Made by a program: the position numbers and the translations under genes
Shown here: positions 12,495-23,279 of the stretch, piece by piece
How positions within the stretch are numbered: the first letter of the stretch is position 1
How the letters are laid out: each line of letters opens with the position of its first letter
The notes under the pieces: generated by a model
What the model saw: the letters and a program-made list of their open reading frames with translations, nothing else
Told to the model about the DNA's origin: nothing
Database searches by the model: none
Source: Mantamonas sphyraenae STR306
Taxonomy: Eukaryota > Protista > CRuMs
NCBI GenBank assembly: GCA_026936335.1
Contig: JAPMXV010000057.1
Coordinates: 124,001-188,000 of the forward strand
Direction of reading: 5' to 3'
Length of the DNA: 64,000 bases

Positions 12495-14310
12495 TCACTT
12501 GAGAGCGTTGATGTAGCGGCTGATGCTGTGGCACTGCAGCTTCACAATCAGGTTGTACCAATGGCAGCACGGGGCAATGCACGTCTTGCCGCAGTTCAGG
12601 AAGTACTCCTGCTTGACGTGGCGGTAGCCCTGGACCTTGAGCGGGATGCGCGTGACCAGATCGTAGCCATAGCGGCGCGTGGTGACGGCCTTGACGACCT
12701 TCTTGACACCCTTGGCAACCTTCTTGGCGACCTTCTTGGCACCCTTGGCGACCTTCTTGGCGACCTTCTTGACACCCTTGGCGACCTTCTTGAAGAAGCC
12801 ACCGCGACGGCGGCGACGGCGCCAAAAGTCGTTCTCGTCGTCCTCGTCTGCGACCTCCTGGCCAGACTTGGCACCCCACGGGCACACGCCACCCTTGAAC
12901 TCGTTGGTGAAGCGGATCTCCGTGAACAGGTTGTTGAAGCGGCTGGCAAAGGTGCTGTCACCCACGCGCGGCGAGCCAAAGGTGATCACCTTGAAGCCAC
13001 GGCCGTACTTGGTGTAGCGGCTGATGTCCGTAGCCACCAGTGTGGCCACAGCAGCGCCCAGCGAGTGACCAGACACAATCAGTGCCTTGCCACGGCCCTT
13101 GTAGTAGTTCAGGTCGTTGCGCAGGTTGGTGTTCAGGATGGCGTTGGCGCACTCCTGGAAACCGCTGTGTGCGCGGCCGCCCAGTTGGTAGCCGCGGATG
13201 TTGCACGTGCGCAGCTTGAACTTCAGGTTCATGATCCAGTCCTTGGCCTCTGCGGAGCCCTTGAACACGAGGTACACGTTGTTGCCGTTCTCGTAGAGGG
13301 CGCCAAACGTGCTGGTCTTGTGGTGCTTGTAGTACTTGCGCACAGTGTACTTCTGGTTGCGGAAAGTGATGCTGTTGCCCGTCTTGGGCTCATCGTACAC
13401 GTGCTCCGACAGCTTGGCTGCCGTGTAGGCCTCCGAGCGGCTGTAGCCAAAGTCTCCCTCGGCGTCCTTCAGCAGCTCCTCGTTCGCCTGCTGAGCCTCC
13501 ACATCCTCGGCCGTGTCGCGGGCCATGGCGGCCAGGGTCGCCTGGTCCACGTTCCAGCCAGTGAAGCCGTTGACGTCCACGTCCAGCTTGCTCTTCTCCT
13601 CGTCCGTCACAGACTCGGCCTGCTCGGCGTACATCTGCTTGGCCTCGGCAAAGAACTGATCATCGTACTGCGGCTCGTTCGTCATGTCCTCGTCGTCATC
13701 CTCTGTGTGGTGTGTGTGTGTGTGTGTGTGTGTGTTGTTTGTACGACGCGGTCAGCGTGCGTGCGGTTTGTTGGTGGAAAATCGGCCACTTGGGAAAAAA
13801 AACGAGCATGCCAACACGCGCCACTGCGTTTCCACCCCTCCCGCATGCCAATGTCGTCCACGTGCTGCGCATTGTGCATGACCATACGCAGCCCACATGC
13901 TCTCATGTGTTTTGTGTCTCGGCGTACATCCGCTGCAACATAGGCTGCCGCCACGCCCGATTCTGTGGCGTGCTCAGAGAGAAAAAAAAAGGCCCGGTGG
14001 AAACCCTCGCCGCCCGCGCCCCGCACTCACCGTCGAGCAGCTCCTTGATCTCCTCGTCGTCAAGGTCGTCGTTGGACGAATCCTCGTCCTCGTCGTCCTC
14101 ATCGTCAAAGTCGTTCTCGTTGTCCGACGACTCGACAAGGGGCTCCTCGGCCTCCTCCTCCTCATCGCCCTCCGTCTCTTCCACAGCAGAGTTTTCCGAG
14201 TTCTCGGACAGCTCCGCGGCCGTGTCCAGCTCCGTCGAATCGTCGTCGGATGCAATCACAGCCGTGGCCAAAAGGCCGCACAGCAGCATGATCAGAAGGG
14301 ACTTCTGCAT
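12495..14310 (-). CDS. Secreted class-3 lipase with acidic pro-region and internal cationic repeat insert; intron 13703-14030
   Basis: Signal peptide MQKSLLIMLLCGLLATAVIA. Lipase_3 motifs VYLVFKGS, AHSGF, VSGHSLGAAVA, ITFGSPRVGD, DLVTRIP and C-terminal HSISRY. The splice is in phase (GAC G|AG GAT). Confidence 0.88.
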
Positions 14311-14400
14311 GGTGGTGTTGGTTGGTTTGGTTGGTTTTTTTTTGGTTGGCTCTGAAATTGCCCTCTTTCCCCCCCCCCACACTCGCACAACCCCTTCCCA

Positions 14401-16117
14401 TCACAACACGAATCGCTGCAGGTTGCCCTTCTCCAACATATCTCCCACACGCGCACGCACCTGCGCGGCGTCAATCTCCACCGACGTGCCTGGCTCATAG
14501 TCGGGCGCGTCAAAGCTGATCTCCTCCACGATCCTCTCCATGATCGTGTGCAGGCGCCGTGCGCCGATGTTCTCCACCGTGCGGTTGACCTCTGCCGCCA
14601 CACGCGCTATCTCGCGCACCGCATCCTCTGTAAACTGCAAATGCACGTCTTCCGTGGCCAGCAGCTCCACCTGCTGGTGGATCACGTTGTGCTTCGGCTC
14701 CGTCAGGATCCTGTACAGCTCCTCCTCGCCCAGGCCTTGCAACTCCACACGGATGGGCAGCCTGCCCTGCAGCTCCGCCAGCAAGTCGCTGGGTTTGCAC
14801 GCGTGGAAGCCCCCGAGCAGCAGAACAAGATGTAGTCCGTCTTGATGTTGCCGTACTTGGTGTTGATCGTCGTACCCTCCAGCAGCGGCAACAGGTCACG
14901 CTGCACGCCCTCGCTGCTTGCGTCCACCCCATGGTGGCTTGACGAGCTGCAGATCTTGTCGATCTCGTCGATAAACACAATGCCAGCCTGTTCCACGGCC
15001 GCCACCGCCTCTTTGTTCACCACCGCCTCCACAATCTTCTTGTCTGCCTCGCTCTCCTCCAGTAGCGGCACATACTCTCCGATGGTCATCTTCTGCCGCG
15101 ATCCAGACCCTCGCCCGCCGCCTCCAAAGGCCTTGTCCATGTTCTTCATCAACTCCTGGATATTCAGCATCGGTGTGCCCTGGCCCATGTCCATCATTCC
15201 ATGTCCTCCAGCCTGCCGCGGCGGCTCGGGCACGTCCACTTCGATCACACGGTCGTCCAGTGCCCTTCTCGCAGCATCGCACGGAACGACTCACGTGTGC
15301 TTGCGCGCGCATTGGCCCCACACAGCAGGTCCAACACCTTGTCTTCCACCATCTCGCGTGTTTCCTCAATCATGTCCTTTCGCATGCGTGCACGCACTTG
15401 CTGTACCGCAGAGTCAGCAAGGTCGCGGATGATGCTGTCCACGTCCCGGCCGTGGAATCCCACCTCTGTAAACTTGGTGGCTTCCACTTTGATGAAGGGG
15501 CTGTCTGTCATTTTGGCCAGGCGCCTCGCCACCTCGGTCTTTCCCACACCCGTGGGGCCGATCATCAGGATGTTGCGCGGCACCACGTCTTCTTGCAGCT
15601 CCTGCGACAGCTTTGAGCGACGGTAACGGTTGCGAAGTGCCACAGCCACCGCTCGTTTGGCGTCTCCCTGGCCCACAATGTGTTGGTCCAGCTCAGCCAC
15701 CACCTGCGAGGGACGCAGCTCCGTGCCAAACACCCGCGCTTTGCTTCCGTCGTCGCTTTCCGGCCCTGCTTGTGTCTTGCCTGCTCTCTGCGGCTCCTTC
15801 TTCACCCGATCCTCCACGATGCTGTCCACCTCTGCCTCGTCGTCGTCCACCACAGGGTCTGCCTCCCCGGCTGCGTGCTTGTTGCCGGTTTCCTCCACGC
15901 TCACGCTTCCGTCCGCCGAAATGTTCACCACCTCCGTCGTCCCGTCCCTGCTCAGCACAAACGCCACTGCCTCGTCCTTCTCCTCCTGTTCCTCCTTGTC
16001 TCCCTTTCTCCCTCGCCCTTCCTCCCACACTCCCACCGTGCTGTGCAACCCACGCACCGTCATTGCACTTGTGGTTGCAGTCGCCACCCTCTGCGAACGA
16101 ACAATCCGAGCAAACAT
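14401..16117 (-). CDS. hslU: HslU/ClpY AAA+ ATPase with probable mitochondrial presequence; two apparent homopolymer frameshifts
   Basis: [22 protein letters not shown], Walker [26 protein letters not shown], Walker [43 protein letters not shown]-terminal LQRFVL. Confidence 0.93.
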
Positions 16118-16370
16118 GTTGGCGTGCCCCGCCATGCGCATTCACCAACACTCCCTCCCTCCTATCTCTCCTGCCTTGCTTCCACAACCTGTCTCTCATC
16201 ATCCCCACCCCCCCCCTGTTGTTGTGTGTGTGCCCACGCCCACTCTCAGCCCCAAGAAATTTCTCGTGCGGTCCCTGGCCTCCACCCCTGTACATTTCAC
16301 CCACCCCCTATAGTGAGGCTGTGGTACGCACGCGAAGCAGCAGCAGCAGCAGCAGCAGCAGACGGCGAGG

Positions 16371-19300
16371 ATGTCGAATCGTTCGCGAGCAAGCAGCATG
16401 ATGCTGCACACCTTTCTCGACAACGCCCGCTCGCAGCAGTGGGATGTCTTGAATCTCAACAAGCGCAATCTACAAGACCACCTCTCCATCTATAGGTAAC
16501 GTCCTCGCACGTCACACCCTCTCCCCGGTGCCCACCCAGCACAGGCATCCCTTTTCGTGAAACAACGCGCAGTGATCGCCCTAACCCTCTGGCCGCCCTT
16601 CCTCGTGCTCCGCCGCATCATCCCCGCACAGAGAGGTGTTTGAACTGGTCCATCTCAAGAAGTTGCGCCTGCGCGAGAACGCGCTCCTGTACATTCCAGC
16701 CACGCTGGGCCAACTGACCCAGCTCACGCAGCTCGATTTGTCCGCTAATCAGGTGCGTTGTTGCCCGTGGCCCCTTTGCGCTGGTGCTCGCTCCTTGTCA
16801 CGCACACACACACACACACGCACGTACACGCACTCGCATGCACACACCCTTGTGTGTATCCCATGCCCTGGTCTCCTGCAAACACATGCATGCACATCCA
16901 CAAGGCTGCTCAGGCTGCCCTGAGTCGTCTCGGCCTCAAGGCCCTCCCTGCTCCGCCTGTCCCCACGAGTTTTCTCTCGCCCGTCCCTGGCATTGGCCCG
17001 TGCTTTCCTTCCCCCTCCCCCCTTCCCCCCAAACACACACCACTTGCTTCTACACACGTGCACTGCCCGCCGTTGTCTCCATTCCTATTCCGACTGCAGT
17101 GCTTGCGTCGGCAGCCGATGGATTGATTGTTGCAAACAAAAAGCGACCTGCTCACCCAAACTCCGCCGCCCACACGATCCTGCGCCACCTTCCCGTCACC
17201 CAGATCTGGTATGTGCCAGCAGAAATCGAAAACCTGACCAGTCTTACAGAGCTCAACCTCGCTCGCAATGCGATAGTCTCGTTACCAGCGTCGTAGGTTG
17301 ACTCCACCCGAACCTCGCTCGGGCCCTTTTCTGCCCTGGTCCCGCGCCGCACGTCGCATCCCAACTCACCATTGGTCACCCTGGCTCACCCACGCATTCA
17401 TCCCACCTCCCTTGACGCCACACAGCATCGGCTCTCTCAGCACACTCACGCACCTGGACGTGAGCTGCAACCAGCTGAAGAAATTGCCTTCGGAACTGGG
17501 CAAGTGTGCCTCGTTGACGTACCTCAACGTGGACAACAACTTTGTGTTGCACCTGCCAATGGAACTGTCTGCCCTCACGGCCCTTACGGAGCTGCACATG
17601 GCCAACAATCGGCTGCGCACCATCCTCTCGGGCCTCCTAGCACACATGGACTCCCTGACCACACTGGTGCTCAACGACAACGACCTCCTCGTGCTGCCCA
17701 AGGACCTCGGCCTCCTGGACAGCCTCTCTGTCCTCCACCTCCAGGGCAACCCGGACATCATTCACCCGCCCCCCGAGGTCACCGCAGGAGGACGCACAGA
17801 GGTCGTACGCTACATGCAAGAGGTGCCCGAATCGGACATCACACACACTCTCACTGCTCTCCATCTCGTATGGGACCCCGAAGAGTTTGAATCCGAAGTC
17901 GAGTACTTCAGCTACGAATCCGACAGCGACGACAGCGACAGCGACTGGAGTGACAGCGAAGACAGCGATTCGGGCGCCATGTCCCCACGCAGTAATGCCT
18001 TCTCAGGCAACACCGCCTTGCGCAAAGGTCGCATCCGCAAACGCGTCGGTTCTTTCATCATCGGCGAAACCATCGGCGCCGGCGAGTATGCAAAGGTCAA
18101 AATGGCCACCAATGTGGAAACGGACGAGCGTGTCGCCGTCAAAATCGTGCGACGTGCCTACATCCAAGAGTCCAAGATGCTGGAGCGAGTCCAGCGCGAG
18201 ATCCTCGTCCTGAAGATGATCAAGCACCCAAACATCATTCGCCTCATCGACGTCTTTGACGAGGACGGCGTCTACTACATGTTCATGGAGTATGCAGCAG
18301 GCGGCGAGCTACTTTCGTACCTGCTCGCACGCGGCTCCACCGTCGACGAGAACGAGGCGCGCTTCATCTTTCGCCAGCTGGTCGAGGGCGTCGATTTCGT
18401 CCACCAGTGCGAGGTCATCCACAGGGACTTGAAACTGGAGAACGTACTGTTGGATGGCAACGGAACCGTGAAGCTGGCGGATTTTGGCATGTGCAACATC
18501 CACGAGCCCAACCAACTCTTGCACAGCAGCTGCGGCTCGCCACTGTACGCTGCGCCCGAGTTGCTCCTTGACGAACCCTACGTGGGCAAGGGCGTGGATA
18601 TTTGGTCCCTGGGCGTCATGCTCTACTGTCTCATTTGCGGCTTCTTCCCGTTTGACGACCCCAACGAGTATGTGTTGTTTGACAAGATCCAGGCTGGCGA
18701 GTACCCGCCTCCGTTTGGGTCCGCCGAGGTGCGTGATCTCATCAAACACGTCCTTGTGGTCGATCCCGAGAAGAGGTACACCATCGAACAGATCCGAGCC
18801 CATCCGTGGATGAACCCGGACGGAGGAGGCCTGGCCAAGGAGATTGTTTCGCCCAGTTCCTCGCTCTCGACCATGAAGAGTCGCAACCGCTCGTCAACCA
18901 TCATCACCAGCGCGTCCATGGCCGATGGTGGCGGAGGCTCGTCGTCGCGCCGTGCAAGCATGCGCCCGGTGTCCTGGGGCGACTCGAAGCAGGCTCGGCG
19001 TATCGGCGGAGGTGCAAGCAGCCCCAGCGTGGTGGCGATGAGCAAAGTGGTGCAGAGCAAGTACGAAGAGACAAACGACCCGCTGAAGCTGCTCACCGCC
19101 GAAGACTTTTCCGACATCATCACGCAAAAGATAGCCGCCAAGTTTGGCGGCGACGCAGCTTCACCGTCGCAAAAGGAGGTGCGCAGGCACCAAGAGGCCG
19201 CACGCAAGCGTTCGTCTACCTTTAACGAGGGCCGCCGGCGACGCTTGCAACAGGAGGCGGCAGAGATGGAGCAGCAGCAGGCGGAACAGAACAAGCAACA

Positions 19301-20935
19301 GGAACAGGAAGACAGACGTGCACAGGCAGCGGCGGCCGTAGCACGCGTGGCGGCCAGAAAGGGCCAGGCGGCACACATCAGCGTCACACGCGTGTCGGAA
19401 ATGGGCCCCTTTAGCGACAGCGACGGATCGCCGACCACGTCGACCCGAGGGGACGGGAAGGAGCGCAGCGTGAATGTGGACAACCGCACCTTGGATTGGC
19501 TGGGCATTGGGGACGACTCGTCGGACGAGGACGACGAGGATGGCATCCCCGTGGACGAGGAGACGCTGCGCATGCTGCAGGCTGCACACAACGATCCCAT
19601 GCGCAACGTGGAGCTGGCATGGGGCGGTACCTTTGTCAGTCAAAACGAAAAGGAAAAGCTGGCCAGGCAGCGTGCAGAACGTGAGGCAGCCGCAGCGGCG
19701 CAGCAGAAAGGTGACGACACCGATGGGGACAAAGACGAAGCAGATGAGGAGGACGAGGAGGACGAAGAGGACGAGGAACGCGACGAGGACGAAGAGATGG
19801 GCACAGAGGCTGAAGGCGACGCAGGAAGGGCACCCAGCATGTCTGTGTCGCCACCGGCACAGCAAGCAGAGATGGACAAGCCTGTGAACAAGAGGACGTC
19901 GCGGTTCACCAAGCTGTCGTCCCTGATGCGACGCAAATCAGGCGAAGGGTCCATCGACTCGGAGGATGAAATGGAAGAAGGAGACGCAAGCACAGGCACA
20001 GGTGGCAGTGGAGGATCAGGCGGCAGGCCAAGGTCGCGTTCGCGCGTGCCACAATTTTTCCAGCGCAAAAAGGGCAACGCGTCGCCGCCGTTGCAGCGCA
20101 CCATGTCATCGCCGGGTCTGGCTGTGCGAGGCATGCTGAGTCGAAACAGCAGCTCGCCTGGCACGGGGAGGATGAGCAGTGTGGCAGAGGAAGGGCGGGA
20201 TGATGAGCAGGAGGAACGCTCTCAAGCGAGCACAACCACCACAACCACATCCACCAGCACAAGCTCAGGAAAGGATGCACTCGTACGGCGTTCGAGCGAC
20301 ACACCGGCGATGATAAGCAGCGTGAGCATGGAAGGGAAGATGGGATCATCGAGTGGAGGGAGTGGAGGGAGCGGGAGCTCTGGACGATGGCCAGGACGGC
20401 ACACAACCAAGCGATCGTTTGACGACAAGCGACGACAGAGCGGCGGAGGAGCAGGAGAGGGATTGGGTGGACAGGAGGGCAAGGAAGACGTGTTGAAGAT
20501 CGCAAACGTGTTGCAGAACAAGCAACAGTTCCACGAACACCAGCTGACGCGACGTGCACGCAGCAACAGTGCAGCGGAGAGTTTGCACTCGTTGCGACGT
20601 CGACGTGAGGACAGCGACGAAGGGCAGGGGATGTCGAGCAGCAGCAGCAGCAGCAGCGGAGACAGTCGGATGGAAGGGCGGCCGCGTGTGCTGGACGCAC
20701 AGTCACGCATGCGGGACACAAGCAGCACAGCGCCAAAGGTGACGTTGTGGGGTCTGCTTTCGTCCAAGGCGCGCAACAAAGCCTTCCGCAAGAAGAAGCA
20801 CAACGCAAGCGCAGGCAACGCGGAACCGCAAAAGGAAAGCCGCAAGGAGAAGAGGCGACGCAAGAAGAGGGAAAAAGAGGAAAAGAGGGCGGCCAAAGAG
20901 GCAGCGGCACAGCAACAGTCGACGATGACAATGTT

Positions 20936-20966
<31 letters not shown>

Positions 20967-21155
20967 TCGTCATCGTCATCGTCAAAAACTTTGCAGCGGA
21001 ACAACAGTGGCAGCAGTGCGGGCAGCAGCACGAGCGGATCGGGCTTCGGTTCGATCATGCGACGACAAGGAAGCAGCCACAGCAGCGACAGTTTGTTGGT
21101 GGAGGAGAGCGAAGAATTGGTGGTGGTTGTGGAAGAGGGAGAAATGGCACAATGA
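16371..21155 (+). CDS. Leucine-rich-repeat plus AMPK/SNF1-related (CAMK group) Ser/Thr kinase with long low-complexity tail; about 3 introns in the 5' part
   Basis: LRR exons (LxxLxLxxNxL), then a kinase with GAGEYAKV, VAVK, HRDLKLEN, DFG and CGSPLYAAPE. Confidence 0.88.
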
Positions 21156-21944
21156 TCAGCTTGATTTCTCCGCTTGTTTCCTTGCTTGCGTCTTTGGACG
21201 CACTGTGTGTGGGCGAGGGAGACTTGCACTAAGAGGCATCTTGCTGATGGGCTTCTTGGGCGAGCGAAGAAGCTGTTTGGCCTTGCGTCGCTCCTTTTTG
21301 ACCTGGCTGGCCTTGCGTTGCGGAGCCGGGAGACGACGCAGGCGTTTCGCAAGCTGTGTGGCCATGAAAAGCTTGTGCTGCGACCCAATATAAGGGTCGT
21401 CGAGGAAGCAGTATTCGGGCGGTTGCTCGTGTGGACCAGAGGCCTGCCAAGCAGGACGGGAAGGCGAGCGTCTGGGACGCGATTTGGGTTCCTTGCGTGG
21501 TGAGCGTGGCTGACGCTTGTGCTTGGGACTCTTGGGAGAAGACGGCGATTTGGGTGCAGATTTGGGTGCAGATTTGGGTGCAGACTTTGGACGCGGGCTT
21601 TTTGGAGGCACGAGGCGTTCCAGCAGTTGAGATTGGGCAAGTTTGGAGAGGCGAGGGGATGGAAGCGTGTCGTGGTCGGCGTTTTGGTCGTCGAGTGGCA
21701 GCTGGTTTGCAGTCTTGCGCACCCCTCCGATTTCAGGAAGACCCTCGCGGTGGTAGCAATGGGCCACGGGTGTGTTGGCGAGCCGATCGACCCAGGAGAG
21801 GTCAAGGTCGTCGTCGTCGTCGTCGTTGGCAATGGACCACCGATCGTTGGTGTAGGGTGTGGCCGGGTGCTTGGGCACGATGATGTGATTGCCATGTTTG
21901 GCATAAAAGCGGAACCATAGCATGCGTGGGGGCTCGCTGCTCAT
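21156..21944 (-). CDS. Hypothetical basic, Pro/Lys/Ser-rich protein
   Basis: Open frame of ~260 aa fills the gap between the kinase and Sec3 genes and contains PKSA repeats. No recognisable domain. Confidence 0.45.
   Translation of the reverse strand: MSSEPPRMLWFRFYAKHGNHIIVPKHPATPYTNDRWSIANDDDDDDLDLSWVDRLANTPVAHCYHREGLPEIGGVRKTANQLPLDDQNADHDTLPSPRLSKLAQSQLLERLVPPKSPRPKSAPKSAPKSAPKSPSSPKSPKHKRQPRSPRKEPKSRPRRSPSRPAWQASGPHEQPPEYCFLDDPYIGSQHKLFMATQLAKRLRRLPAPQRKASQVKKERRKAKQLLRSPKKPISKMPLSASLPRPHTVRPKTQARKQAEKSS
21548..21584. repeat. 12-bp tandem repeat x3 (ATTTGGGTGCAG) encoding PKSA on the minus strand
   Basis: Read directly from the sequence. Confidence 0.85.
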
Positions 21945-21978
21945 GCCGTGCCAACCCAGACGAGACTTTTTGGCGGCG

Positions 21979-23247
21979 ATGGCGTTCCGACACGCTCTCA
22001 GCACACACCAATCGGTGGACGCCGAGGCCAAACAAAACGAAATGATTGCCTCTGTGTTGTCGGACATGGAGACGGTGGTCATTGCCATCAAAGTGCTCAA
22101 GGTGGGCCGGCGGGGCAATGCCAAGCAGAAGAACAAACCCCGCTGGCTCATTGTCACAGGTGCGTGGGTGGCGTCGCTCAGAAAAGGGCAGTGTGAGGAG
22201 GCCACAGACGCAAACAGGCCTTGGGTTGCAATCCCGAGCCATGGGTGGCGCTCTAACCAGCTCCACAGAGGCGTGAAAAGCGGCGGCGTGTGTGGCCTGG
22301 AGGAGGGATTTGCGCGGCGGCTGACACTCGTTGGGTGCCGGGTTCTCCACATGTGCATGTGTGGACATACATACACACACACACGCACACACATTGTATT
22401 TGACTGTGTATGCGTGTACCCAAACAGTGTCCCGGGGCAACGACAAGACGGTGCGGTTGCACAAGGTGAAGGAGGACAAGCCGGGCGAACTGACCTCGAA
22501 AAAGACCTGGCGTCTGCTGGACCTGAAGAAGCTGAGTGGAGGAAAGAGCGAACTGGAATTTTCCCTCACGCTGGAGAAACAGTACAAGTGGACATGCTTC
22601 AGTCCTCTGGACCGCAGTGCGCTGCTGTGGGTCATTCTGCGGCTGTGTCAACACACCATCCAAACGCCAGGCCTCAACCTGCAGGATCTGGCCTTTGTCG
22701 CCGAAGCCAATTCCTTTGACGACTTGTACAACCTCAACACAACCACCCTGGACATGATGGGCGCAGGTGCCTCGTCGTCGTCAATGCGCATGACACCAAA
22801 CCTGGGTACGAAGGGGGGAGAAGAGAGACGAACCAGGTGCAGGCAGCAACCCCACAACCCCCCACAGGCACACTCACTCACACAGGCAACAACAACGTTG
22901 AACGCCGTCACCACGTCACACAGCATCGATAGCGTCGGGGGGCAACATGTTGTCGCCAGAAGAGGCAGAGGAGATTGACCGCATTCTCAATCCTGTGGGA
23001 TCGTCGGGAGACGCACAGGTGTCGCCGTTTCAAGACGTGGACGCGTTTACGGAGCGGCTGACGGACGAACTGATGGCTGTGGAAGCAGCCAACATTTTTG
23101 CCATTCTGCACTCTGAAATGGCGGCGGGCACTGTCATGGATTTGATTGATGAGGCCGTGGCGGGGCTGGACGAGGTGCAGCAGTGGATCAGCTCCTACGA
23201 CCACAAGTTTTCACGGCTCAAAGCCAACATTGTGCAAATCGAGGTAA

Positions 23248-23279
<32 letters not shown>

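Noticed and set aside
11748-13943. Long antisense or alternate-frame ORFs (e.g. 731 aa here; also 8749-10320, 32082-33746, 53643-55463, 57247-59256)
   Set aside because: Shadow ORFs of real genes on the other strand. They are expected with GC-rich codon bias and contain no recognisable domains.
14401-16141. HslU, Pol X, CIP2A or paralog A as pseudogenes
   Set aside because: Conserved motifs are intact on both sides of single homopolymer indels, so sequencing error is more parsimonious.
20936-20984. (TCG)n, (AGC)n and (CTG)n trinucleotide tracts
   Set aside because: Ordinary poly-Ser/Gln low-complexity coding tracts found throughout the window.
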